46,288 nt of DNA from Pseudomonadota bacterium (GCA_038527085.1 JBCBGD010000001.1:240-46527), one strand, 5' to 3'; shown: positions 35,939 through 44,891, counted from the stretch's first letter. The notes: a model not told the origin generated them from the letters alone. Made by a program: numbers and translations.

Positions 35939-36367
35939 ATGGCAGACCGCGTCCTGATCGCGACATCGCGATACTATGAGAAGATTACGCTGGAGCTCGA
36001 AGCGGGCGTGAATGAAGTGCTCGCGGCCGCCGGCGCAGTTGTCGAAACGATCGAGGTGCCTGGCGCGTTTGAAGTGCCTGGCGTGATCGCCATGGCCGCA
36101 GACAGCGCGAAGTATGACGGCTATATCGCCCTGGGCTGCGTGGTGCGCGGCGAAACCTCACACTACGACTATGTGTGCGGGGAGAGCGCGCGCGGTCTGA
36201 TGCAACTGGCCACAGATCGCCGACTGGCCATCGGATACGGTATCCTGACCGTCGAAAACCAGGAACAGGGCTGGGTCCGCGCCGATCGCAAGCAGAAAAA
36301 CAAGGGCAAGGATGCGGCAGATGCCTGTCTCGCCATGATTGCCCTGCGCAAGAAATTCTGCCGATGA
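35939..36367 (+). CDS. ribH: 6,7-dimethyl-8-ribityllumazine synthase
   Basis: VPGAFEVPGV and GCVVRGETSHYDYVC are lumazine synthase motifs. Confidence 0.9.
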   Translation: MADRVLIATSRYYEKITLELEAGVNEVLAAAGAVVETIEVPGAFEVPGVIAMAADSAKYDGYIALGCVVRGETSHYDYVCGESARGLMQLATDRRLAIGYGILTVENQEQGWVRADRKQKNKGKDAADACLAMIALRKKFCR

Positions 36368-36837
36368 ACCCGGTGGGGAAGCTTCCCTTTGAAGTGACCC
36401 GCGCCAGGCGGGCAGGGGCGCGTCTCGCAGCGGTCCAGGCACTTTACCAGATGGAACAGACCGGACGCAGCGCGGCAGCGGTCATCCGCGAGTTCATGGA
36501 AGACCGTCTTGGTTTCGGGCCAGAAGGCGAGCCTGTGGAAGAGGCCGATCCGGACCTCTTCAAATCCATCGTCCAAGGCGTTATCGACAAGCAATCCGAG
36601 ATCGATGACGCCATCACCGAGCGTCTGGCCGAAGGCTGGAAGCTCAAGAGGCTCGACACGATTTCACGAGCCATCCTTCGGGCAGGTGTTGCTGAGTTTC
36701 TAGTCCATACCGAGCTTAGCAATGCCATTATTGTCGACGAGTATGTGTCTCTCGCCCATGACTTCTTCGATGATGGCCAGGAGGCTCGCTTTGTGAACGG
36801 CGTGCTTGACAAGGTCGGACGGGATATCCGCGGCTGA
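36364..36837 (+). CDS. nusB: transcription antitermination factor NusB
   Basis: ARLAAVQALYQME and LRAGVAEFL...VVIDEYVSLA-type motifs are present. ATG 36364 overlaps the ribH stop (ATGA). The longer ORF-track start at 36175 lies inside ribH. Confidence 0.88.
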   Translation: MNPVGKLPFEVTRARRAGARLAAVQALYQMEQTGRSAAAVIREFMEDRLGFGPEGEPVEEADPDLFKSIVQGVIDKQSEIDDAITERLAEGWKLKRLDTISRAILRAGVAEFLVHTELSNAIIVDEYVSLAHDFFDDGQEARFVNGVLDKVGRDIRG

Positions 36838-37152
36838 GCCTGACCGCTTTTTCAGCGCATCGCCCGTATGGTTCAGTTTCCGGCATACAGGCGACGTCCG
36901 TTATCTCGCCAAGCCAGACAAGGCACCGCTCTCGCGCAAACCTGTGATGGGCGGATTCTTGAGCCTCGGACTGGTGCGTGCGGCCGTCTTGCGAATGGCG
37001 GGATCGGATCGCACCGCCATCAAGCAGCACGACATCAACAAATATGTTGTGAAGCTTGAAGCCATCGCCCGGGCGAGGAACAGGCCAGTACGGGCGGGAT
37101 GACGCCAGCGGAAATCACCGATAAGATGAGCTGAAAATAAAGGGAGGAACAC

Positions 37153-37752
37153 ATGGCAGATGGTCACGAGCCTGGACCGCAGGCAAAATTCCGCGAAATG
37201 CTGGAAGGCACCAAGGAAGATTGGGCCGCCATCGCATCGCATTCAAAGGACTTCAACAAAGGTCTGGCCGGCCGTGTGATTAGCCATTTGAAGCTTTTGG
37301 ACGGTGATTTCGGCGGATTTCCGATTGACCGGCTGACGCACTCCACCCAAACCGCGACCCGGGCTCTGCGCGACGGACGCGATGAGGAGTACGTGGTCTG
37401 CGCATTGTTGCACGACATTGGAGACACGCTCGGCAGCTACAATCATCCCGATGTGGCCGCGGCGATCCTGAAGCCTTTTGTCAGCGAGCAGAACCACTGG
37501 ATGGTCGCCAATCATGGCGTGTTCCAGGGCTACTACTTCTTCCATCACCTTGGCCTCGATCGGGACATGCGCGAGCAATTCCGTGGGCACGAGCATTTCG
37601 AGCACACGGCCCAATTCTGTCACCTGTACGACCAGGCCGCCTTTGATCCCGACTATGATAGCGAGCCCCTGGAGACATTCGTACCAATGGTCGAGAAGCT
37701 CTTCTCCAAACCGAAGAACTCGATGTACCTCAAGGCGCTGCAGGCAGAGTGA
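37153..37752 (+). CDS. HD-domain protein (PhnZ/MIOX-like metal-binding residue pattern; function unknown)
   Basis: THSTQTA, ALLHDIGDTLG, NHPDVAAA and NHWMVANHG give an H...HD...H...H pattern. GGGAGG lies upstream of the ATG. Confidence 0.6.
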   Translation: MADGHEPGPQAKFREMLEGTKEDWAAIASHSKDFNKGLAGRVISHLKLLDGDFGGFPIDRLTHSTQTATRALRDGRDEEYVVCALLHDIGDTLGSYNHPDVAAAILKPFVSEQNHWMVANHGVFQGYYFFHHLGLDRDMREQFRGHEHFEHTAQFCHLYDQAAFDPDYDSEPLETFVPMVEKLFSKPKNSMYLKALQAE

Positions 37753-37757
37753 AATAG

Positions 37758-40700
37758 CTAAGCCTGCGTTTCTGGCAGATCCTCTAATCGCGCAATAAAC
37801 TCGACTTGGCCTTCGAATTCATCTGATTCGGGGGCCATTTCCTGTGCCGGCATCGCAACAGGCTGCGTAATGAAAAGCTCGTCTTCGCTCAGGGCAACTT
37901 CGACGATCTGCGTCAGCTCGCCGATTTGGACAGTGATCTCGTAGGCACCAGGCGAGAGTCCCTCGAAGGCATATTGGCCGAAGCCCGCTGCGACACGCTC
38001 AATCGGCTCGAAGTCCTTATCCTCAGGGGACGAGAGCGTGAGTCTCGCGCCTTCCAGCCGTGTTTCGCCGCTGTCGGCGACGCCATTGCCATTATCATCG
38101 ACGAACACAGCGCCGCGGATCTGGCCGCTCGAGATGACCGGAATGTCGAGGTGTGTCACACGGCCATCGCCGATGGTGGCGCGAAGCGTGACCAGATCGT
38201 TGGCCAGCATGCCCAGCGGAAGGCTCTGGACGTCGATGTCCAGCGTGTAGAGACCTGTGGGCATGTTCTGGATTGTGTAGCTTCCGCGATTGTCGACACG
38301 CAGCGCGAGCCGAGAGTTTCGCACCGCCACACGCACACCGGGGATACCGGGCTCATCCTCCTGGCGAATGCCATCGCGGTTGCGATCAAGATACACCCGG
38401 CCGCTCAGAACGCCTGTGCCTTCATTGGGCTGGGTGTGTTTGCGAGGCTCGTTGAACTCAATCGAGCCCTGAAGACCCAGCGTGAAACGCGTCTGATCGA
38501 CGAAATTCGTGTTGACGGCGCCCTGAAGGCTCAGGGCGTCCCAGACCCGGTAGCGCGCTGACAGCGAACCGAAAAAGTCGGTCCGGGCATCCACACTGGA
38601 AACCGATTGCAGAGCAGACACCTGGCCGGTCACCAGCAGGTTCTCGCCGAACGCTTCTCCGCTTGTCGCGCGCGCAGAGGCGCCAACGCGGGCAAATTGC
38701 GTAGTATCCGTGGCAACGGCCGAGATCGAGGGCGTCAGCACCACGGCGGCGCCATTTTCAAACCTGCGCGTGATCGGATTGAAGCCGATATTCGCCACAA
38801 GGCGCGTCGCGCGGCCAAGCTCTGTCTCATCGGAATTCAGCACCGCGTTCACTTCACCCCAGTCAAACGCGCGCTGGGCGCGAATGGCCAACGTGCCCGC
38901 GGTGATGTTTCCGTCTCCGGCCAGGTCCGTTGTCGATGTCACGCCGGCGTCGACCGAAACAAACACGCCGGTGTCAGCCAGCCGGGCGCTTGCAGAGCCT
39001 GCAAGAGCAGTGGACGTGCGCTCGCCTTCGCGCGTGGTGGAGACCCGCGCGCCCGCACCAAAATTCTCGAGCAGGTCCCAATTGTCTACAGCGCGCCAAT
39101 CCACAGACATTTGCGCGTTGGTGCGCCCGGACACACGCGTGTCGAATACACCCTCCAGATCAGGTTTTGCGCGGGTTGAACCCTGCCGAAAACTGCTGCT
39201 CTCATGGGATACCGAGGCCCGCAGGTTCGATCGACGCGACAGCCTGTACACGCCGTCCAGCTGACCTCGCACCCCGAGCGGGTCCTGGGCATCCCCCGTG
39301 AACGCTCCGACATCGGCGGTCACAAACACACCGCCGAGGCCGACCTCATCATTCTCGCCGTTCTCGGTGATGAATTCCTGCTGGATGCTGGCAACTGCCC
39401 GTCCGCCATCTCCGTCGCGGTTGCTGGCGACGGCCAGTCCGACTTCCCGCGTCGTATCGGGATCAATCAGCCTTGCGCCTGCAGCAAATCCTGAAAACAG
39501 GGGCACCGAAACATCATCATTGATGGCTTTTGTGCCATCGAGCGTGGTTCCTGCTGCAATTGAGAGAAGTTTCCCACCGTCTGTCACCTTGCTGAAGGTT
39601 GCGCCGCGGATGCGCGAGGTGTCGACACCATTAAGCTCGCGCCGACGCGGGGTGGCATCGCCGAGCGTTGCGTACCAGCCAGATAGCGACTGCACTTCCA
39701 TTTGCAGCCATGACGGCTGCAGCGCGTCGGGATCTGCCAGGCTGCCCGCCGCCTCATAGCGTGTCAGCGTGTTGAATGGCCCGGCATGCGCCGAAAGGGC
39801 TGCGCCAAGCGCGCCGCGGTCCGTCACTTGGAAGTCGAGCCGTTCAAAGGTAAGCGGAGTCTTAGCCGCCTCGTCGTCCACCATGGCGCCTGGCATAGCG
39901 CCGCCCGCCAGCCGGTCGTCTAGGGTCACATCGATACGGTCCGAACCAGGCTCCAGAACGATGTGGCTGCCGGTGAGCGTCTCGACGGCCGAGAAAGGCA
40001 GGAGCAGCTCGCTGCGGTCCACATAGCTGATGTTGGGTGTGATGCCGCGCGGCTCGCCATTCACAGAAACGAGGCCGGTGCCGAGTTCCAGCGTGAACCG
40101 CGCGCTGTCCTGGACGCGTGTGACCGAGACCGTGTCAGCGAGCACGTCTACGTCAACCGTGTGACCAAGCGCCTCGGCGACATCCCTGAGCGGAATAAGC
40201 AGCACGGACCCAATGGTGCGTGGCTCGGCTCTGGGAAACGCGATGCGCGTGCCGTCTACGAAAAGATCCAGGTCAAATTGCGGGCGGAGCCTGTCGTCGA
40301 GCGTGAATTCCAACGCGCCTTCTGCCGTTTCCGAGACATGTGTGCCCGTGATAACGGAGATAGCGTTCACGTCCAGCCAGGTGTCAGCAGCGGCCCGCTC
40401 GGTCCAGTCAGGCAGTTTTCCCAGCAACACGTCATTGGCGAAGACCTTGCCGTCTTCCATGTCGATCTTCATCAGCGCGCCGTCCTGAAAGCGCCTGACG
40501 ACCAATACGGTCGCATCAAAAGAAATCTCGCCCTTGAGAGCCTCAATAATGGGGCGAGCATCAATCAATTGCGCTGCGTCTTCCGCTATGGTTTGGCGCA
40601 CGTCAATCCGTTCGCCCTCTACTAGCACCTGCGTGTGCATGATGGTGCCGGTTTGATCAGGCGCAGGTACAACAGTCTCCGGCTTCGCCTCGCCGAAAGC

Positions 40701-40775
40701 GGGGGCGGTCCACGGGCCGAGCGGCACCAGTGCGGCAGCGAGACTGGCTGCCAGAAGACGAAAACGCTTGATCAA
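37758..40775 (-). CDS. 1005-aa secreted multidomain envelope protein (stalk-like repeats + beta-rich core + two SdrD-B/CarboxypepD_reg-like modules)
   Basis: The signal peptide is MIKRFRLLAASLAAALVPLGPWTAPAFG. There are three repeats of the type LLIPLRDVAEALGHTVDVD. A long G/S/T/A/D/R-rich middle region follows. The C-terminal modules are GRVYLDRNRDGIRQEDEPGIPGVRV and GAVFVDDNGNGVADSGETRLEGARL. TTG start with no obvious SD. Confidence 0.7.
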   Translation of the reverse strand: MIKRFRLLAASLAAALVPLGPWTAPAFGEAKPETVVPAPDQTGTIMHTQVLVEGERIDVRQTIAEDAAQLIDARPIIEALKGEISFDATVLVVRRFQDGALMKIDMEDGKVFANDVLLGKLPDWTERAAADTWLDVNAISVITGTHVSETAEGALEFTLDDRLRPQFDLDLFVDGTRIAFPRAEPRTIGSVLLIPLRDVAEALGHTVDVDVLADTVSVTRVQDSARFTLELGTGLVSVNGEPRGITPNISYVDRSELLLPFSAVETLTGSHIVLEPGSDRIDVTLDDRLAGGAMPGAMVDDEAAKTPLTFERLDFQVTDRGALGAALSAHAGPFNTLTRYEAAGSLADPDALQPSWLQMEVQSLSGWYATLGDATPRRRELNGVDTSRIRGATFSKVTDGGKLLSIAAGTTLDGTKAINDDVSVPLFSGFAAGARLIDPDTTREVGLAVASNRDGDGGRAVASIQQEFITENGENDEVGLGGVFVTADVGAFTGDAQDPLGVRGQLDGVYRLSRRSNLRASVSHESSSFRQGSTRAKPDLEGVFDTRVSGRTNAQMSVDWRAVDNWDLLENFGAGARVSTTREGERTSTALAGSASARLADTGVFVSVDAGVTSTTDLAGDGNITAGTLAIRAQRAFDWGEVNAVLNSDETELGRATRLVANIGFNPITRRFENGAAVVLTPSISAVATDTTQFARVGASARATSGEAFGENLLVTGQVSALQSVSSVDARTDFFGSLSARYRVWDALSLQGAVNTNFVDQTRFTLGLQGSIEFNEPRKHTQPNEGTGVLSGRVYLDRNRDGIRQEDEPGIPGVRVAVRNSRLALRVDNRGSYTIQNMPTGLYTLDIDVQSLPLGMLANDLVTLRATIGDGRVTHLDIPVISSGQIRGAVFVDDNGNGVADSGETRLEGARLTLSSPEDKDFEPIERVAAGFGQYAFEGLSPGAYEITVQIGELTQIVEVALSEDELFITQPVAMPAQEMAPESDEFEGQVEFIARLEDLPETQA

Positions 40776-40812
40776 CGGGAAAATCGCGGGGCTTTCGCCC
40801 TGCGAGGGCCGA

Positions 40813-41235
40813 CTAGCAGGTCGGCGCGTTGATCAGGTCGCGGCAGGCGCCGACAGCGCAGGACTTCAGTTCGACATTGTCGATCTGCTGCGCGCCGCCA
40901 CGTGCGCGGTTTTCAACGGAAATCGAAGCGCTTGACGGTGAAATCACCAGTCGAAAGGTCTGCTGCAGCAACGCATCCACGCGGCCGACCGAGACCATCT
41001 CCGTGTTTTCCGATGTCCAGACATCTCCCGTGCGCTGCGCGCGAGAGAGAGGCTTCAGGCATGCGCCCGTCATCCAGGCCGCGCCTGTGTCCTCATCTAG
41101 CAGAAAACCATTTTCCGTGTTCGCCACGCCAATCCATACATCGGCGTGCGCAGGCGGATCGGCCCACGCACTCACCTGTAGGGATAGGCTGGCAGCGGCC
41201 AAGACCGCTCCAACGAATACCCGTTTCATCACCAT
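40813..41235 (-). CDS. 140-aa secreted four-cysteine hypothetical protein
   Basis: The signal peptide is MVMKRVFVGAVLAAASLSLQVSAWA. The mature part has four Cys, including the C-terminal residue. It lies 37 nt upstream of the 1005-aa gene on the same strand. Confidence 0.6.
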   Translation of the reverse strand: MVMKRVFVGAVLAAASLSLQVSAWADPPAHADVWIGVANTENGFLLDEDTGAAWMTGACLKPLSRAQRTGDVWTSENTEMVSVGRVDALLQQTFRLVISPSSASISVENRARGGAQQIDNVELKSCAVGACRDLINAPTC

Positions 41236-41632
41236 ACCTGTTCTTTGTTATGGCTCAGATTTCTAGGGGCCTATGGTTAAGGACCGATTGTCAGGCTGCG
41301 TATTGGGGCGGCCAATTGCAGTTTTTGTTGATGAATACTTCCGTACTGCGCCGCATCGGCTCATCCGCCATATTCTCGAAGAGGCGGCCTCAACTTGTTG
41401 TTTTCAAACAAAAAATGCGGTCAGGCGGCCGTGACGTTCGGAATGAAGAGATGCCATCAAAGGATTGAATTCAAACACTTTTTGGTGGAACTGGAGAGCG
41501 GTAAGGCTGCGCTTATGTCTTGCTTTAAGGTTAATTCGGTTAGTGAGACTTCAGCCTTGCACGGGTCTGAATTTTCACGGTTCTGCGCCATTCTGCAGTT
41601 TCAATGCAATAGAGCCGTGGCGGGACAGAACA
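41236..41632. promoter_or_regulatory. AT-rich ~400-bp divergent control region
   Basis: It lies between the divergent secreted-protein operon and the GGDEF-EAL gene. It is visibly lower in GC than the flanks. It contains the palindrome TTGTTTtcAAACAA at 41399..41412. Confidence 0.4.
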
Positions 41633-44056
41633 GTGTTGGAAGCAGATCCAAAGAAGCTCGAGGGCTATGAGGCGCGGCACACGATCGCCTCTATTCTCGC
41701 CCCCGTGAACATCCCACCAGATCAAGTCGGTCAGGTGCGTGCGAGCCAACTCGAAAGCATCGACAAGCTTGGTGTCATCATGGTGATGACAAACCTGCTC
41801 AATGCTGCGGTGGTTCTCGTCCTTTTCAGTGGCAATGACACTTCAGGCCTGCTTGGATTCTGGGGAAGCTCGCTCTGCATGGCGTGCGCGTTTCTGTTCC
41901 TGCGCTCGATTGAGGGGCTGAACAAACCGAAACGAAAAGTTAGGTCCAACAAGGCAACCCAGAAATATACCGTTGCGGCTTTGCTCTTTGGTCTCCAATG
42001 GGCAGCCTTGCCGATCTTTGTGCTCCCGCAGTCAGATCCGTTTTCTCAGATGGCCCTTGGCATCATTCTGGCTGGAATGATCTTTGGTGCGGCCCTTATC
42101 TTGTCGCGGCTACCGTCGGCGGCGTTTGGCTTCACGCTGCCCGTGGTTGTCTCGCTGGTTTACGGCTTCGCATTTCATTCGGAGATGCGCGGCGATTATC
42201 TGGCTGTCCTCACGCTGGTCTACATGATGATCGTGGCGGTGTGTGTGCGCTGGAACTACAACCAGTTCCTGGTTCAGCACCTCAACCGGGCGGCGGTGGC
42301 CCAGCAGAACTCGCTGATCGGCCTACTTTTGCGCGATTTCGAAGAAAGCACGTCGGACTGGCTTTGGCAGACGAATGCCCGGGGCGTTTTGCTTGAAATC
42401 CCGATGAATGTGCGCGGCGCCAAGACAGGCTATGAGCTGATGCGCAACGGTCTGTCGCTGGAAGACCTGTTCAGGCCTAGCGAGGCCCGCAACGTTCTGA
42501 TTTCCTGCCTCGATCGACAGAACGGATTTCGTGACCTGGTGCTGGAAGTTGCTGGCGACGATGATGAGCAGCGCTGGTGGTCCCTGACGGGCAAACCGCT
42601 GGTTGAGGATGGCATACTCATGGGATTCCGCGGCGTTGCCTCTGACGTCACGCAATCCAAGCAGATCGAAGACCGCATTGCCTACATGGCCCACTATGAC
42701 GGGCTGACGGGGTTGCCGAACCGTGCGAGCTTCCAAGAGACCTTTGAGCGCTATTGGTCAGGGGAGTCCGTCGAAGACAATGTGTCCGCGCTGATCCTGA
42801 TGGACCTCGACAACTTCAAATGGGTCAACGACACGCTCGGCCATGCCGCAGGCGATGAGGTGCTGCGACAACTGTCGCAACGTCTCCTGAACGCCACGCA
42901 GAAACAGGACATTGTCTCGCGTTTGGGCGGTGATGAATTTGCTCTGATCCTCGAAAGGGGAACCAAGCGCGAGCTGCAGGACCAGCTGGACACCCTGATT
43001 GCGAGCCTCTGCCAGCCCTACGACATCTGGGGAAGCACGGCCAATTGTGGCGCCAGCCTTGGCGTGCGCTTGTTCCGCCCAGGCCTGCGCGACCCCGAAA
43101 GCCTCCTCAGCCATGCCGACCTTGCGCTTTATCAGGCCAAGAAGAAGGGCAAGGGCAATTGGTGTGTCTTCACGCCGGACCTCGATGAGCGCGCGCGGGC
43201 GCGCCGCCTGATCGAGCGCGATCTTCATGATGCGCTGAACAACAACGAGCTGTTCCTGGAATTCCAGCCCATCCAGAGTGCAGAGACCGGTGAAATTGTC
43301 GCCTGTGAGACGCTTCTGAGGTGGGATCATCCAAGCCGCGGCTTGATCTTGCCTGGTGAGTTCATCGAACATGCCGAGGATTGCGGCCTGATCACGCGCA
43401 TGGGTGACTGGATCATCCGCCAGGCCCTGTCCGAAGCGCGCCAATTGCCAGATTCTGTGCGGATCTCAGTGAATATTTCGCCACTGCAACTCCATAGCGC
43501 GAACCTGATCCCGACCATCGTCAATGCGCTGGCCACAAATGGCATTCAAGCATCTCGCCTGGACCTGGAGATCACGGAATCAGTCTTGTTGGCCGATACC
43601 GCCTTTGTGCTCGACCGACTCCTGCAGTTGAGAAAACTTGGCCTTTCGCTGTCCCTTGACGACTTCGGAACCGGCTTTTCATCGCTCAGCTACCTGCAGT
43701 CTTTCCCATTCGACAAAGTGAAGATCGACAAGTCCTTCGTCTCAGATCTGGAGACCAGTGAGGACAGCCGCGCAATCACGAAGGCGACCATCAGCTTGGC
43801 CAAGACGCTTGGGCTGAAAGTGACCGCGGAGGGCGTCGAAACCGACGAACAAAAGCGTTTCCTCACGCGGCTCGGCTGTGATGAGCTCCAGGGCTACTTC
43901 ATCTCCCGCGCCAAGCCGCTAGGTGAGCTCACTGACCTGATCGAACTGGGCGGACAGGTGCCAGTCCATGCGGCTGAGGCGCAGGTCGAGACCATTCCAG
44001 CGCGCTCAAACGCGCTAGGCGTTGACGGGGACACCTTGCGCCGCGCGGGCGAGTAG
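41633..44056 (+). CDS. membrane-bound PAS-GGDEF-EAL c-di-GMP turnover protein
   Basis: About 5-6 TM helices are followed by a PAS-like segment. The GGDEF domain looks intact (YDGLTGLPNR, RLGGDEFALIL). The EAL domain also looks intact (ACETLLRW, VNISPLQL, LEITES, LDDFGTGFSSLSYL, KIDKSFV, AEGVETDEQ, QGYF). I chose GTG 41633 as the start because the first 56 residues of the ORF-track version are Trp/Cys/Arg-rich and look non-coding. Confidence 0.85.
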   Translation: MLEADPKKLEGYEARHTIASILAPVNIPPDQVGQVRASQLESIDKLGVIMVMTNLLNAAVVLVLFSGNDTSGLLGFWGSSLCMACAFLFLRSIEGLNKPKRKVRSNKATQKYTVAALLFGLQWAALPIFVLPQSDPFSQMALGIILAGMIFGAALILSRLPSAAFGFTLPVVVSLVYGFAFHSEMRGDYLAVLTLVYMMIVAVCVRWNYNQFLVQHLNRAAVAQQNSLIGLLLRDFEESTSDWLWQTNARGVLLEIPMNVRGAKTGYELMRNGLSLEDLFRPSEARNVLISCLDRQNGFRDLVLEVAGDDDEQRWWSLTGKPLVEDGILMGFRGVASDVTQSKQIEDRIAYMAHYDGLTGLPNRASFQETFERYWSGESVEDNVSALILMDLDNFKWVNDTLGHAAGDEVLRQLSQRLLNATQKQDIVSRLGGDEFALILERGTKRELQDQLDTLIASLCQPYDIWGSTANCGASLGVRLFRPGLRDPESLLSHADLALYQAKKKGKGNWCVFTPDLDERARARRLIERDLHDALNNNELFLEFQPIQSAETGEIVACETLLRWDHPSRGLILPGEFIEHAEDCGLITRMGDWIIRQALSEARQLPDSVRISVNISPLQLHSANLIPTIVNALATNGIQASRLDLEITESVLLADTAFVLDRLLQLRKLGLSLSLDDFGTGFSSLSYLQSFPFDKVKIDKSFVSDLETSEDSRAITKATISLAKTLGLKVTAEGVETDEQKRFLTRLGCDELQGYFISRAKPLGELTDLIELGGQVPVHAAEAQVETIPARSNALGVDGDTLRRAGE

Positions 44057-44073
44057 CCCGCCGGGCGAATCCG

Positions 44074-44751
44074 CTATTCCTCCTCGGCTTCCAGGCGGAG
44101 TTTCTCTTCCGCTGCGGCCAGGCGCTTGTCCAGATAATCGCTAAGGCGGCCCATCAGCACCTCCTCGCGGTCGCGGAAGAAATGGTCGCCGCCTTCGATC
44201 ACGTCGCGGTCGATCACTTCGCCCTTCTGGACACGCACCTTCTGCAATGCACGCTCCACATCCTGGGGCGTGGCGATGGCATCATTGTCGCCAATGATGA
44301 TCAGGCCCGAGGCGGGGCAGGGGGCAAGGAATGACAGATCGTAGTGGTTCGCAGGCGGAGAAACGGCGAAAAAGCCATCAATTTCGGGCCGGCGCATCAG
44401 AAGCTGCAGCGTAATCCAGGCCCCGAAGCTGTAGCCGGCACACCAGACATAGCGTGGGCTTTCCGCCATGTTCTCGAGATAGTCTAGCACGAACGCAGCA
44501 TCTTCCAGCTCGCCAACCCCATGGTCATAGACGCCTTGCGTGCGGCCCACGCCGCGCGAATTGTAGCGCAGCACTCCAAAGCCGCGCTCCTCGAACATCT
44601 GGTACATGCGGATCGTGATCGGATCCTGCATGGTGCCGCCAGCTTTCGGATGAGGGTGCAGGATGAGCGCAATCGGTGCGCCTTCATGGGGCGGCTCGGT
44701 GTAGCGCGCTTCGATGCGGCCAGACGGGCCGGGAATAATCATTTCAGCCAT
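44074..44751 (-). CDS. alpha/beta hydrolase
   Basis: The nucleophile elbow is GYSFGAW. It has a short single-domain alpha/beta fold size. The start is ATG 44751. Confidence 0.7.
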   Translation of the reverse strand: MAEMIIPGPSGRIEARYTEPPHEGAPIALILHPHPKAGGTMQDPITIRMYQMFEERGFGVLRYNSRGVGRTQGVYDHGVGELEDAAFVLDYLENMAESPRYVWCAGYSFGAWITLQLLMRRPEIDGFFAVSPPANHYDLSFLAPCPASGLIIIGDNDAIATPQDVERALQKVRVQKGEVIDRDVIEGGDHFFRDREEVLMGRLSDYLDKRLAAAEEKLRLEAEEE

Positions 44752-44891
44752 GGCGGGGCCTCGCTTTAGGCAGTGGCAATGTAAAGGGCGTGGGCATAGT
44801 CGATGTGCCGTCGCCATTGCAAGTTTTTCTGCATTTGCGTTGCCTCCCAGATGCAGTTCCTATGAGATGAAACTTCAATCGAGATGGGCCC

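Noticed and set aside
33045-36367. FMN riboswitch within or ahead of the riboflavin gene string.
   Set aside because: The genes are separated by 0-11 nt or overlap, and glyA-nrdR are 3 nt apart. There is no untranslated space to hold an RFN element.
36838-37152. TPP or cobalamin riboswitch in the nusB-HD gene spacer. The string GATGACGCCAGCGGAAATC superficially recalls the TPP AATGCCAGCG segment.
   Set aside because: The partner CTGAGA / ACCTGATCTGGAT TPP elements and the B12-box are absent. The resemblance is limited to a few nucleotides.
41465-41632. N-terminal 56-residue extension of the GGDEF-EAL ORF (MNSNTFWWNWRAVRLRLCLALRLIRLV...), plus the overlapping 91-aa ORF at 41395..41670.
   Set aside because: The composition is Trp/Cys/Arg-rich and the region is AT-rich, unlike the coding regions here. 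A GTG/TTG start at 41633/41636 just before the first TM region is more plausible. This remains unverified.
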